Numbered from the stretch's first letter, positions 28,109 to 38,687 are shown. The stretch is 64,000 nt of DNA from an uncultured Chlamydiae bacterium (GCA_963713615.1 CAVQMM010000001.1:1952001-2016000); one strand, 5' to 3'. The notes: generated from the letters alone by a model not told the origin. A program made the numbers and translations.

Positions 28109-29097
28109 ACTGAAGCTCCAGTCTGGGATAAAGTAATTAATGTTAATTCTGGGCTGGCGCGAAAGCGAAAACGTAACGTGCCTCCAAGACCCCGACTAAT
28201 ATGCACCCATTTGTTTCCGTAACGGAATGTGCCTCTGACAAAGTTGGGATTTTCCAAGACAACAAAGCGACCACGCACCCAGGGCAAATTGATCTGCCCG
28301 CCATGTAGATGACCACAGAGGATAACATCGCCTGGAAAGGCCTCCAACCGAGGAAGACAATCGGGGTTATGGGCAAGGACAATGCCGGGAAGCTGTGTGT
28401 CATAGCCGCGAAAAGCTTGGTCAGGATCGAAATGGCTAGCCATGTATTCCCCAACACCCGTGAGGTTAAGAGCTGACTTTTTAACGGGTATTTGAATCGT
28501 GCGGTTATCCAGTAGTTCAAATGGAGTACCAGCCAGCAGAGAGGTGAGCTCAGCATTGGGCTGTAATGCGCCTAGGCGTGGCGAATATACCCCTGTAACC
28601 TTTTGCTTGCTCAAAACACGCCGAAAGCCCTTGCTGATCTCTCCAGGAACACTCTCCACGATGTCATAGTCCCCAGCCGCATTGACGGCAACATAAGACT
28701 GATAGTCGTGATTACCGAAGATGGTATAGCATCCCAAGGGAGCGTTAAAACGGGAGAGAAAGCTTTTTAGCCTGATCGGGTCACTCATTTTAGAGTAACA
28801 AAGGAAGTCACCGGTGAATACAACGAGGTCTGGTTCCCAGTGCTGAATCTTGCGAAATAGTCGGTCTAGGAAGTGATCGGGTACATCTGGTTGGAGATGC
28901 AAATCGCTGAATTGGGCGATTTTTAGACCTTCTAGATCTTCGGGAAGCTTCGCTATTGGCAGCGATAAGCGGGTCGTAAAGAGAAGGTTGGGTTCGATAA
29001 AACGCGGCCAAATGCCAATAATGGACACAACGCATCCAAGATCCCAAAGAATTCTTGTCATTTTTGAGGAGGCAGAAGCAGAAGACGTCGCTGTCAT
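28105..29097 (-). CDS. lpxG: Calcineurin-like metallophosphoesterase, likely UDP-2,3-diacylglucosamine diphosphatase LpxG
   Basis: SDLH, TGD, GNHD, HNPD and GHLHGGQ motifs with an N-terminal anchor. It sits between SWIB and ispD, as lpxG does in Chlamydia. Confidence 0.8.
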   Translation of the reverse strand: MTATSSASASSKMTRILWDLGCVVSIIGIWPRFIEPNLLFTTRLSLPIAKLPEDLEGLKIAQFSDLHLQPDVPDHFLDRLFRKIQHWEPDLVVFTGDFLCYSKMSDPIRLKSFLSRFNAPLGCYTIFGNHDYQSYVAVNAAGDYDIVESVPGEISKGFRRVLSKQKVTGVYSPRLGALQPNAELTSLLAGTPFELLDNRTIQIPVKKSALNLTGVGEYMASHFDPDQAFRGYDTQLPGIVLAHNPDCLPRLEAFPGDVILCGHLHGGQINLPWVRGRFVVLENPNFVRGTFRYGNKWVHISRGLGGTLRFRFRASPELTLITLSQTGASV

Positions 29098-29164
29098 ACA
29101 TTAAGCCAAATGATTTCCTGTGGAAACGCTACCAGACATGAGGTATAAATCGCTAGGATTAACC

Positions 29165-29660
29165 GCCCCCTCTCCCCCTCTTGCCCGTGCCCATATGCGT
29201 TAAGCTAAGAGAATTAGGAATTTTCACCGTCGAGGCGTGCAGAAGTTCGTGGGGCTTTTTTAGGATTTTCACCGCCGAGACACCGAGATAGAAGAGAGGA
29301 TTAGGAGAGAATGTGCCGTTTGTGTGTCCTTGGGCAAAATTCTGCCCAAGGACACACAAACGGCACAGTGCTCAATCTAACTTTTTTGAGGACCTGTTCA
29401 GTTAGTACCGACTCTGGACAAAGTCCTGTCTAAGGGCACTACAGAATCGTTTTCCTGCGGGAACCCTTAGACTGGATTTTGTCCAGAGTCGGTACTAACT
29501 GAACATTCTCTCCTCTCTTTCCTATCTCGGTGTCTCGGCGCCTCGGCGGTAAAAATCCTAAAAAAGCCACACGAGCTTCCATACGCCTCGACAGTGAAAA
29601 TTCCTAATTCTTCTAACTTAACGCGCTTGGGCAGGGGCACGATGGGGAAGGGGGGGCACA
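29165..29660. repeat. Nested palindromic element of about 500 bp
   Basis: Long outer arms (AGAATTAGGAATTTTCAC...CGAGACACCGAGATAG and its inverse) enclose two separate hairpins. Related to 48950-49385 and 25560-25730. Confidence 0.85.
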
Positions 29661-29707
29661 GACGGAATGCAGCCGCTGAGCGGCCACATTCCAAAAATCA
29701 AAAGCTC

Positions 29708-29998
29708 TTAACGAACAGGTGCTGGCTGGTCATCTCGAATGTGCTTATTGATCTTCGCGTTCATTTTGAACATATCGATAGCTGCATTAGAACCAAAAAC
29801 TTTGGCTAATTTAGCGTCTGGCTCAATGTTACGACGATTGTCTTTCGCTTGAAGGTTGTGCTTCTTAATGTAATCCCACAAGCGCTTCGTAACTTCTGTA
29901 CGGGGAAGGGGTCCTGGTCCAACAATTGCTGCCAGTTCATCACTGACATTAACAGGCTTCATGAAAGCCGACGGCTTTTTTGGCTTAGCTGTTGTCAT
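29708..29998 (-). CDS. SWIB/MDM2 domain protein
   Basis: AFMKP..SDELAAIVG.GPLPRTEVTKRLWDYIKKHNLQ...DAKLAKVFG. Confidence 0.95.
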   Translation of the reverse strand: MTTAKPKKPSAFMKPVNVSDELAAIVGPGPLPRTEVTKRLWDYIKKHNLQAKDNRRNIEPDAKLAKVFGSNAAIDMFKMNAKINKHIRDDQPAPVR

Positions 29999-30262
29999 CT
30001 TTATTTGCTCCTTACTTTAGTTTGTGATGTCCTTGATCACCATCCACAGGAAAACTACATCCAGGGGACCTGAAACTAGGGCAGTTTGTATCGTTGTACC
30101 GATTTTCAAGTCAAAGTAAACATTCTACTTCTCCTGGCCTGCAGCTTCATAGCCCGGGGGGAATACTACATAAGGATACTGGTTGCCAGCGTTGTAAGCA
30201 ACTAGTAACATAGGCAGAAAGTTTTTTTGTGTTACGATCCTATCCAATGAAATGCCATGCGC

Positions 30263-30415
30263 TTTATATCAAGCGCGGTTAGATTTGACGCCAAAGCTCC
30301 TGGGTTGAACGATCGCAAGTGGGTGCATATTTCTAATATTGACCCACTTGCGATCGTTCAACCCCGGGGTTTTGGCGCAGTCGAATGTGTCAAATCTAAC
30401 TGTGCGTGGTATAAA
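30263..30415 (+). ncRNA. Putative structured RNA or long hairpin
   Basis: A 27-bp and a 35-bp stem with a one-sided bulge. Five of the seven non-Watson-Crick pairs are G-U on the + strand and none is A-C. Confidence 0.4.
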
Positions 30416-30634
30416 CTTAACGGTTGCCGACAACTGCAAAAGTGGTGAAAGAAAATGCCTTTATTAATTGCGGGCCGATTTATAGAATGGGGTAAGAGAA
30501 GTTCTATTGCTGTTAGGATAGGTTCACAGTGCATCTTCGGGGCAATGGTTACCATTACGACTCTAGAACCTATCCTTCCACTATATGCGACTTCAAACAA
30601 TTCTATCGATCTCGGTCTTAAGGGGGTTTCGCTT

Positions 30635-32845
30635 ATGCCTACTGAAATGCATGCCAGAAACCAAACGACAAGACGCCTGGAAAAAATTGAATCCTTGACA
30701 CGACTAACAGGCAAACTTCTTAAATCACATGACTGGAACGAACGCCTAGCCATTTTGAATGCCGAAGACGAGGTAAAATCTTTTCTTGCCCTTCACCCTA
30801 TCCTCAGTCGTTTCCTAGAACGCGTTTGTTCTGAGCAAGAATATGTTATTAAAGCCATTATAGCCATTGGTCAGGGCCCTATTGTACTCAATTTACCCGA
30901 GGACAATGATTCCTATTTTCCACTCCTACAACGTATTGCCCAAGACCTGGTTCCCGTAGAGACTTTTTATGATGCCATAGGAGGTCTGATCGGCTATCAC
31001 TTGGCCATTCTTCGGCTCATTGGCAGAGAAGATCTTGGCCCCTACGCACAGTCTGGAGCTATTCAATATAGTAAACCGCAGCACATTGACCTGCGACAGC
31101 TCACCCCTGAAGTGAAAAAAGCCATTCGACGCAGTATTGAGAATATGACATGCTTGGCGGAAGTGTATGTCGTCGGTGGTGCAGGCGACCGCCTAGACCT
31201 GCGCGACAGTAATACTAGAGAGCCTTTACCAGCAGCGCGTTTACAATTCCAAGGACGAACTCTTCTGGAAGGATTGGTCCGCGATGTACAGGCACGCGAG
31301 TATCTTCATTACAAACTTTTCCACCAGCAGGTAACCACTCCTATTGCCATGATGACGTCGGAAGAAAAAAATAATTACCAGCATATTCTAGCAATCTGTC
31401 GCGAGAGCAATTGGTTTGGGCGTCCGTCCGAATCCTTCTTCCTGTTCAGCCAACCCGGTACGCCAGTGGTCACAGAGGAGGGTAACTGGTCCCTAAAAGC
31501 ACCCCTAACACTAATGCTTAAGCCAGGCGGCCATGGAATGCTTTGGAAGCTGGCTGAAGACCGTGGAGTCTTTGACTGGCTCCTGCGGCAGCACCGGACC
31601 AAGCTATTGGTACGCCAGGTGAACAATCCAGTCGCTTGTTCGGATTATGGCACAATAGCCTTCTTAGGCTTCGGATTAATGGGCGAAAAGGGCTTTGGGA
31701 TGTCCTCCTGCGACCGTTTGGTAAACATGCCGGAGGGAATGAGTGCTCTAATCGAAACACGCTCTGGCACGGACTTTCAGTACCGCATGAGCAATATCGA
31801 GTATGTCGAATTAGCCAAGCGAGGAATCAAAGATCTACCAGCGACTCCGGGAAGTCAGAGCTCGGCCTTTCCTTCAAACACCAATATCTTGTTTGCAGAT
31901 GTCGACACCGTGCGGAAGACTCTTCCCACCTGTCCCTTTCCCGGCTTGCTCATCAATATGAAAACTGAAGTTCCATTTCTAGATGTCGATTGGTCCCTTA
32001 CAGAAGTCCCAGGCGGCCGGTTAGAAACGACCATGCAAAACATTGCAGACTATATTTTCGATAGCTTTGACCATCCGATTCTTCCAGAAGAGCACGCAAA
32101 ACTGCGCACTTTTGCTACATACAGCACACGCCGTAAGACGATTTCTGTAACCAAGTCCAGCCTTCAGCAAGGACAAAATATTGTCGGTACTCCTGAAGGG
32201 TGCTTCTATGATGTGCTATGCAACTACCATGAATTACTTCAAGACCACTGCCACTGGAAGATGCCTCGACTCCCTAAAGCTGAAGAGAGCGTTAAAAGCC
32301 CTCCCGCCTTTGTCGTGCACCTGCACCCTGCCCTCGGCCCTATCTATGATGTTATTGGCCAAAAAATCCGCGGGGGTTCCATGAAGAAAGGCAGCGAACT
32401 TCAGCTAGAAATCTCCGAAGTAGATATCAGCAATCTCGATTTGGCCGGTAGCCTGTGCGTGTCGGCTGATAATGTCTTTGCCAATCCAGATCAAGCCGGT
32501 CTTAATGTCTACAGTGAAAAAACGGGAAAGTGCTCGCTTCACAACGTCATGGTACGTAACAAAGGAATCGACTTCGACCATAGTGAGCCCTGCTGGAAAA
32601 ATCAGTTCCGCCACCACGAAGTGCTAACCATCATCCTCCATGGTAATGGAGAATTTCATGCCAAGGATGTTGTCTTTTCCGGACAGCACACTTTCGAGGT
32701 TGCAAATGGTGAAAAAATGGTCGCGCGAGCCGGCCCTAGCGGGGAGATTATTCTGGCGAGAACAAAAATTGAGAAGCCCTCCTGGTATTGGTCTTATGGC
32801 TTTGATAGCGAGGATAGAATTGTGCTCTCAAAGACAAGTTCGTAG
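30635..32845 (+). CDS. UTP--glucose-1-phosphate uridylyltransferase family protein (plant UGP3-like)
   Basis: VGGAGDRL, PLPAA, KPGGHG, RQVNNP, NIEY and RLETTMQNIAD. AGGGGG RBS before ATG 30635. Confidence 0.85.
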   Translation: MPTEMHARNQTTRRLEKIESLTRLTGKLLKSHDWNERLAILNAEDEVKSFLALHPILSRFLERVCSEQEYVIKAIIAIGQGPIVLNLPEDNDSYFPLLQRIAQDLVPVETFYDAIGGLIGYHLAILRLIGREDLGPYAQSGAIQYSKPQHIDLRQLTPEVKKAIRRSIENMTCLAEVYVVGGAGDRLDLRDSNTREPLPAARLQFQGRTLLEGLVRDVQAREYLHYKLFHQQVTTPIAMMTSEEKNNYQHILAICRESNWFGRPSESFFLFSQPGTPVVTEEGNWSLKAPLTLMLKPGGHGMLWKLAEDRGVFDWLLRQHRTKLLVRQVNNPVACSDYGTIAFLGFGLMGEKGFGMSSCDRLVNMPEGMSALIETRSGTDFQYRMSNIEYVELAKRGIKDLPATPGSQSSAFPSNTNILFADVDTVRKTLPTCPFPGLLINMKTEVPFLDVDWSLTEVPGGRLETTMQNIADYIFDSFDHPILPEEHAKLRTFATYSTRRKTISVTKSSLQQGQNIVGTPEGCFYDVLCNYHELLQDHCHWKMPRLPKAEESVKSPPAFVVHLHPALGPIYDVIGQKIRGGSMKKGSELQLEISEVDISNLDLAGSLCVSADNVFANPDQAGLNVYSEKTGKCSLHNVMVRNKGIDFDHSEPCWKNQFRHHEVLTIILHGNGEFHAKDVVFSGQHTFEVANGEKMVARAGPSGEIILARTKIEKPSWYWSYGFDSEDRIVLSKTSS

Positions 32846-32990
32846 GGATTTTTTAAACCACAGAGGACACGGAGATTGGGAAGAGGGGATAGAATTTTTT
32901 GTTTTTTGCATTTAACAATTACAAAAAATTCTATCCCCTCTTCCCAATCTCCGTGTCCTCTGTGTTCTCTGTGGTTTAAAAATCCCCAAC
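32845..32990. repeat. Palindromic intergenic element between convergent genes
   Basis: AAACCACAGAGGACACGGAGATTGGGAAGAGGGGATAGAATTTTTTGT and its inverse. Confidence 0.85.
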
Positions 32991-32993
32991 AGT

Positions 32994-33476
32994 CTAGACA
33001 AACTGTGGGATAACACCAGTTTGGCAACCATAGATCAAGAAGAAGCCACCCACCAAGTAGGACAATGTCAACAGAGCTACCTGGGCAGGATGATCATCTA
33101 GCTTCAAAGCTAAAGCCCCTAACAGCAGGGAGGAAGTCACACCAAGGAAGACAACTCCTGTATTAGACTTTACGAAATCAATAGTACGATTGATCCAAGG
33201 TTTGCTAAGCTCCCAGCACGCCTTAACCAAGGTTAACAGCTGGGTTGCCAAGTCTTTAGCCAAGCTAAAGCCCTTGCTGGCTAATACGACGACTTCACGC
33301 CCTATCCAGTTAGACCACTCTTTAACCACTCCAAAAGCGGTACTGATACCGTCGGTAACAGGTGATAAATCCATGGCATGAGTACAAGTGTCCTTGCAGG
33401 CAGCAAAACTTGGAAACTCAAAGCCTGCTGATTCAAAGCCAAATTTTGGCAATGCGAATGACATAGTATTTGACAT
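32994..33476 (-). CDS. Hypothetical membrane protein with a bilobed hydrophobic C-terminus (Inc-like)
   Basis: Two hydrophobic helices separated by the short loop KLDDHP. GGAGG RBS before ATG 33476. Confidence 0.6.
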   Translation of the reverse strand: MSNTMSFALPKFGFESAGFEFPSFAACKDTCTHAMDLSPVTDGISTAFGVVKEWSNWIGREVVVLASKGFSLAKDLATQLLTLVKACWELSKPWINRTIDFVKSNTGVVFLGVTSSLLLGALALKLDDHPAQVALLTLSYLVGGFFLIYGCQTGVIPQFV

Positions 33477-33651
33477 AGTATTTCCTCCCAATATCCACTT
33501 TTTACAAGAATTGAGCAAAAGGCTCAAAACTTGCTTGTAGCTGGGGGAGAGCTATGAATTCCCTCCCCTCATTTCTAGATCAAGCAAACTAGTATAGAGA
33601 TGAAGGCTTTTTTTGCCAACGGAAGAAAAGTTTAGTCATTGATTTCCAGTG

Positions 33652-35121
33652 TCATTGCTTGATTCGTAGTACATCTCGCACCTTTTCAATGAAGGGACAT
33701 CCTTCACAACTTGCTTCATAATGAACGCAGAAATCGCGATGGATTTGAAAGGCCCCTTGCTCGAATACCGACTGTTTTAAAAGAGTTCCTTTTGTGGTTT
33801 CACCAAAAAAACGATGCACCAAATACTTTTGCTTACCACTAGCTGGGGCTCGCACACTTCGATATAGACGATCAAATACGGCAAGTTCTTCCTGATTATT
33901 TCGTTGGAGGATATCCTCATGTAACAATGGAAGTAGGGTGTTAACAAGGATGAGATGACGGAGATCCTGCCCCATTAATGGAATTAATTGAGCGGTAGTT
34001 TCTGAATTAAAAAGAAAATGATAATTCCAAAATGCATCCTCATAAGATGGCAGTACAGATAGCAATATTAATCGCAACTGAGAGGCTTCTCTAGCAGAGT
34101 GACAGCCCTGCCATGCAACTCGCCAATGGCGATGCAGTTGATTCATCAAAGTCTTTCGTCCTGAGTCAGCCACCAGATGGCATAAGAAAACGAGTCTCCG
34201 CACGGGATGATTCAAGGGACGCCACTGCTGAACTGAAATAGGCAACCTAAACGTATTGCCCCCCTCAAACGCAATCCAGCGGCACCTAAGGGCGAGGTAG
34301 AGGTCAGAACTCTGCCACCTAGTGTGATAAGGCTCTTCAAAAAAACCAGTGACGCCAAGAGCCAACGCTAAAATATCATTAAACTGTCGATCAGCATACT
34401 GCTGCAGCCACAGAAAAAGCTGTAAAAAGGTATCGGTATTTGCCTTATATCCCAGAGCCATCGCAATACCAGCAGGGAGGCGAAGGCTGGGATCCTCAAC
34501 GCGAGCTTCCAGAAACGAGCGTTTTTGTTCCAAACGCCAGTAGGTGGCCGAGGAGAACAGGGCTTGTGTCTTGTCTTCAGGTAGATGCCGAAACAGGGCC
34601 TGAGCGCACCGACCGCTACCGATAAACTTTTTGTAAGGATAGAGATCCAGATCAATTAAACGAACGATTCTCTTTAATGGAGTCGTCAATGCGGGATCGA
34701 GATAGGTGCGCATGATGGCAGTGCCACTGCTGGTAACAATCTCTGCCTGTCGCGTTGGCAGCCACAGGGAAACATGTAAAATCACTTTATCGTAGCGAGG
34801 GTCTTTATGATGATGATGTTGATGCCATCCATTATCGCTTAGATGAATCTCTACATCCCCATACAAATCTTTGCCATTGATTCGCAGATGCGCCTTGCAA
34901 AAGTCTGGTCCAGCCTCAGCATTCCAAATCCCCGGAGATACAACCTCAATGGGCTCGCCCAAATGGGTCGTCAACCCTCGAAAATAGCGCTGCTCTAACC
35001 ACATTGCTTGCAGATGTCGCTCGCGTATAAATTGATAATCGCTATCCGACTCGCTACATGAGCGCGTCGGCTGATCCTCAAGCAGCTGCTGATAAGTCTC
35101 CCAGAACATCATCCACCTCAT
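33652..35121 (-). CDS. DUF2851 family protein
   Basis: PGIWNAEAGPDF, GDVEIH, W..H.H..DPRYDKVILHV and RPLNHP.RR, with a C-terminal Cys cluster. Confidence 0.85.
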   Translation of the reverse strand: MRWMMFWETYQQLLEDQPTRSCSESDSDYQFIRERHLQAMWLEQRYFRGLTTHLGEPIEVVSPGIWNAEAGPDFCKAHLRINGKDLYGDVEIHLSDNGWHQHHHHKDPRYDKVILHVSLWLPTRQAEIVTSSGTAIMRTYLDPALTTPLKRIVRLIDLDLYPYKKFIGSGRCAQALFRHLPEDKTQALFSSATYWRLEQKRSFLEARVEDPSLRLPAGIAMALGYKANTDTFLQLFLWLQQYADRQFNDILALALGVTGFFEEPYHTRWQSSDLYLALRCRWIAFEGGNTFRLPISVQQWRPLNHPVRRLVFLCHLVADSGRKTLMNQLHRHWRVAWQGCHSAREASQLRLILLSVLPSYEDAFWNYHFLFNSETTAQLIPLMGQDLRHLILVNTLLPLLHEDILQRNNQEELAVFDRLYRSVRAPASGKQKYLVHRFFGETTKGTLLKQSVFEQGAFQIHRDFCVHYEASCEGCPFIEKVRDVLRIKQ

Positions 35122-35174
35122 TTTAAAAAAAATATGTTAAAGAAGTGGCGCTTAAAACACAAAGTCCGCAAGGA

Positions 35175-35430
35175 ATTTAGGAGGATTTAGGAGGATTGGA
35201 TGGCAAACACGGTTCGTTTAGTTTTTTAGGAGTAACACGGATGCACACGGATCTAGGAGGATTTAGGAGGATTGGATGGCAAACAAGGTTCGTCAATCTA
35301 AAACAATAAAATTGGTTTTTAAGATACAATGAGCACAGTGTAATTCCTAAAAAGCTAAAGCTTACGAAGCGTGTTTGCCATCCTATCCTCCTAGATCCGC
35401 GTGCATCCGTGTTACTCCTCTTTCCTGGAT
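35175..35430. repeat. Palindromic element with an internal direct duplication
   Basis: TAGGAGGATTTAGGAGGATTGGATGGCAAACA occurs twice. Its inverse TGTTTGCCATCCTATCCTCCTAGATCCG follows, and GAGTAACACGGATGCAC pairs with GTGCATCCGTGTTACTC. Confidence 0.75.
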
Positions 35431-35521
35431 CCGTGGCTGATCCCTTATTGACAATATTGTGTGCACGCCCTACCATCGGTGGCGATTAGCTACGAAAAAC
35501 AGTTCAGACGAGGGTATAGAC

Positions 35522-36638
35522 ATGGCACTCAATGCGGAAACACAGCAAAGACTAAAAAATTTCCGCGAAAGAATCCTGCATATGTGGAGGTATCTTTGAC
35601 TTAGCTAACAAAGAAGCTCAGGTCAAAGAATTTGAAGAACGTATGGCTGCTCCCGACTTCTGGGATAACAATGAAGAAGCTCAGAGGGCTATTGCTAGTT
35701 GTAATCAGCTTAAGCTGTGGACTACCCCTGGACAGAGCGTCAAACAACGTTTTGAAGCTGTAGCCGAAATGTTGCCCGAAGCCGCTGATATTGACGATCA
35801 AGCTCTCGTGACAGAATTGCTCAAGGAACTCAACGGTATTGAAGCGGATCTGGAAGAGCTGGAGCTCCGCCGCATGCTTTCGGGAGAACTGGATAACAAA
35901 AACTGCTACCTGAGTATCACCTCAGGCGCTGGTGGTACGGAATCCTGCGATTGGGTCCAGATGCTTTCCCGCATGTACCAACGTTGGGCCGTACGGCGAG
36001 GTTGGCAATGCGATATTGTCGACTTCCTTCCAGGTGATGTCGCTGGTTTCAAACATATCGCCATGAAATTCACTGGTCCCTTTGCTTATGGCTATGCCAA
36101 AGCAGAGAAAGGTGTTCACCGCCTCGTCAGGATCTCCCCCTTTGACGCCAATGCCAAAAGGCATACAAGTTTTGCCTCTGTAGAAATCACGCCTGAGATT
36201 GGCGATGACATCGAGGTTGACGTTCGCCCGGAAGACTTACGCATAGATACTTACCGCGCATCGGGAGCTGGCGGCCAGCACGTCAACAAGACAGATTCCG
36301 CAGTGCGCATCACCCACCTTCCCACTGGGATTGTGGTGTCCTGCCAGGGAGAAAGAAGCCAGCTACAGAACAAGGAAACCTGCTTTAAGATGCTGCGATC
36401 CAAGCTCTACGAGCAGAAGGTCGAAGAACGCGAAGCCGAACTTCAAGCCATTTCCGGAGAAAAGAAAGCCATAGCCTGGGGCAGTCAGATTCGTAACTAC
36501 GTCTTTCAGCCCTACACTCTCGTCAAAGATGCTCGCACCAAAGTGGAATCGGGAAATATTCAAGCCGTCATGGATGGCGATCTGGACCTATTCGTCAACG
36601 CATACCTTAAAGAATTAGGAAGTACTGACAATGGATGA
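35522..36638 (+). CDS. prfB: Peptide chain release factor 2, programmed +1 frameshift
   Basis: The ATG 35522 frame reaches GGAGGTAT CTT TGA C (35586-35600). The +1 frame contains SPF and GGQ. Confidence 0.97.
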
Positions 36639-37149
36639 CCTAGTTGAGCCACAACCCGTCCTCGCCGTGCGCTATACAGAACCTGGCGATGCCAAGTATC
36701 TACGAGAATGGCTGATGCAGCCCAGCACGCAACGCTGGTTTGCCATGTGTGATGAAGTCGAAGTCGACGATTCGGTCAAACGTTGGATAGGTTTTTGCCG
36801 CTACAAATGTAGCCTGACCGTTACCCTAAACGGCGAGCCTGCTGGTTTAGCCACTCTATACCTTCAGCCCTATCGACGACTGGCACATCAAAGCGAATTC
36901 GGCATCGTCGTAGGCAAAGAATACCGTGGCCAAGGACACCGCGTCGGCGAATTTCTCCTGAAACACATGATGGAACTGGCTAAAAACACATTCAAAATCG
37001 AACTGCTCCACCTGACGGTGTATGGCGATAACCCCGCCATTCGCCTTTATCGTCGCTTTGGCTTTCAGGAATTTGGCCGCCAGCCGCGCTGGTTAAAAAA
37101 TTTCGATGGCACTTACAGCCAACGTATTTTTATGGAGCGCCTTTTATGA
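36631..37149 (+). CDS. GNAT-family N-acetyltransferase
   Basis: GIVV...YRGQG and NPAIRLYRRFGF. Confidence 0.9.
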   Translation: MDDLVEPQPVLAVRYTEPGDAKYLREWLMQPSTQRWFAMCDEVEVDDSVKRWIGFCRYKCSLTVTLNGEPAGLATLYLQPYRRLAHQSEFGIVVGKEYRGQGHRVGEFLLKHMMELAKNTFKIELLHLTVYGDNPAIRLYRRFGFQEFGRQPRWLKNFDGTYSQRIFMERLL

Positions 37150-37931
37150 AAATTCGCGAAACGTTAAACCCAATAAAATTTTGTCACAACCGCATGCATA
37201 ACTTAGAACAATACCAATCGGCTACGATCACATTGCCCACGCAAAAAAAACCACAGCCTCTGGAGTCTTTCCAAAGAGCACTGGAAGACGGCGCCGGGCG
37301 CAAGCTTAAAGTACGTATCAATGATAATCGTAGCACCATGCTGAGTGTTCGATGGGAGCCGGACCATACCCGCGTTTCCCTGCATCGCATGTTCTTGCAT
37401 GCCCCACGCAACGTCATGGAGGCATTAGCATGCTACCTTAAAGGGGATAACAAACAGCTTGCTCCAACCATTAAGGCATATATTGAAGAGTGCCGACAGC
37501 AAATGGACTACTCTCATGTGGTCGACCGCCGCGACCTTTGTCACCAAGGAGAGGTCTATCATCTTCGTGAGCTCTATAATGAAATCAATTCGCAGTATTT
37601 CAATGGCGACCTAAACCTTCTCATCACCTGGTTTGGCGAGCCCGTATCGCAAAACACGTCGCGTATTGCCTTCGGTCTATACCACGACACATTGCGGTTA
37701 ATCAAAATTAACAGGATCCTGGACAAGCCTGATGTTCCGCGTTATCTTATTTGTTATGTCATCTACCATGAGATGTTGCATTATGTTTGCCCTCCCCAGG
37801 TAGATGCCAAAGGGACCTATCGCATCCACAACGACGAGTTCAAACAACGCGAACTAGCCTTCAGACAATTTCGCCAGGCTAAAGCTTGGATTAGAGAAAA
37901 TAGAGAACATTTATTTGCGGAAGTCAATTAG
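37146..37931 (+). CDS. SprT/DUF45-like zinc metalloprotease domain protein
   Basis: INSQYF, FGLY, IKINRILD, YVIYHEMLH (HExxH) and a downstream His. Confidence 0.75.
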   Translation: MKIRETLNPIKFCHNRMHNLEQYQSATITLPTQKKPQPLESFQRALEDGAGRKLKVRINDNRSTMLSVRWEPDHTRVSLHRMFLHAPRNVMEALACYLKGDNKQLAPTIKAYIEECRQQMDYSHVVDRRDLCHQGEVYHLRELYNEINSQYFNGDLNLLITWFGEPVSQNTSRIAFGLYHDTLRLIKINRILDKPDVPRYLICYVIYHEMLHYVCPPQVDAKGTYRIHNDEFKQRELAFRQFRQAKAWIRENREHLFAEVN

Positions 37932-37946
37932 ATTTAGAGGTATATC

Positions 37947-38687
37947 ATGGCTGGGCATAGCAAATGGGCTAATATTAAACATCGTAAAGGCCGTGCCGAT
38001 GCGCAAAGAAGCAAGCTCTTTTCACGGGCCTCTAAAGAGATCATCAGCGCCGTCAAACTCGGAGGCTCCGATGTAAAAGGCAATACCCGCCTACGTCTGG
38101 CTATCACTCGAGCTAAAGCCGTTAACTTCCCAAATGATAACATCGATCGTGTCATCAAAAAGGCCAGCAGCGCCGATCAGGCGGATTACGTCGAGATCAC
38201 CTATGAACTGTATGGCCATGGGGGCGTTGGCATTATCGCTGAAGTGATGACTGACAATAAAAACCGTATCGCTTCCGAAATACGCATCGCCACAAATAAG
38301 CGCGGGGGAACCATTGCAACTCCTGGTGCTGTCGCTTTTAATTTTGAGAAAAAAGGCGTTCTGAATATCAACAAGGCAAAGGGTAGTGAAGAAACCCTCT
38401 TCACAGCCACTATAGAAGCCGGTGCTGAGGATTTTGATGCCAGCCAAGATGTGTATATTGTGACGACTGACCCCTCCGACCTATATGCCGTTAAGGATGC
38501 CCTGACAGCCCAAGGCTTCGAATCTGACAGCGCAGACCTGGAAATGTTACCCAAAGTACAGGTCGACTGCGATGTCGAAACTGCTAAGGCGAACATAGCG
38601 CTCATAGAATGGTTAGAAGATCTTGAAGATATCGACGCGGTATATCATAACATGAACTTACCTGATGAATTACTAGACCAAAGCTAG
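37947..38687 (+). CDS. yebC: YebC/PmpR family protein
   Basis: MAGHSKWANIKHRKG, YELYGHGG and TDNKNR. Confidence 0.97.
   Translation: MAGHSKWANIKHRKGRADAQRSKLFSRASKEIISAVKLGGSDVKGNTRLRLAITRAKAVNFPNDNIDRVIKKASSADQADYVEITYELYGHGGVGIIAEVMTDNKNRIASEIRIATNKRGGTIATPGAVAFNFEKKGVLNINKAKGSEETLFTATIEAGAEDFDASQDVYIVTTDPSDLYAVKDALTAQGFESDSADLEMLPKVQVDCDVETAKANIALIEWLEDLEDIDAVYHNMNLPDELLDQS

Noticed and set aside
30455..30634. N-terminal extensions in the ORF track (also for tyrA, bshB1, proS and the DUF445 gene)
   Set aside because: Downstream starts have clear RBS motifs or match the family N-termini. The bshB1 extension begins inside a palindromic insert.
35586..35600. prfB frameshift as a novelty or a pseudogene
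   Set aside because: It is the canonical programmed +1 site (SD-like GGAGG followed by CTT TGA C).
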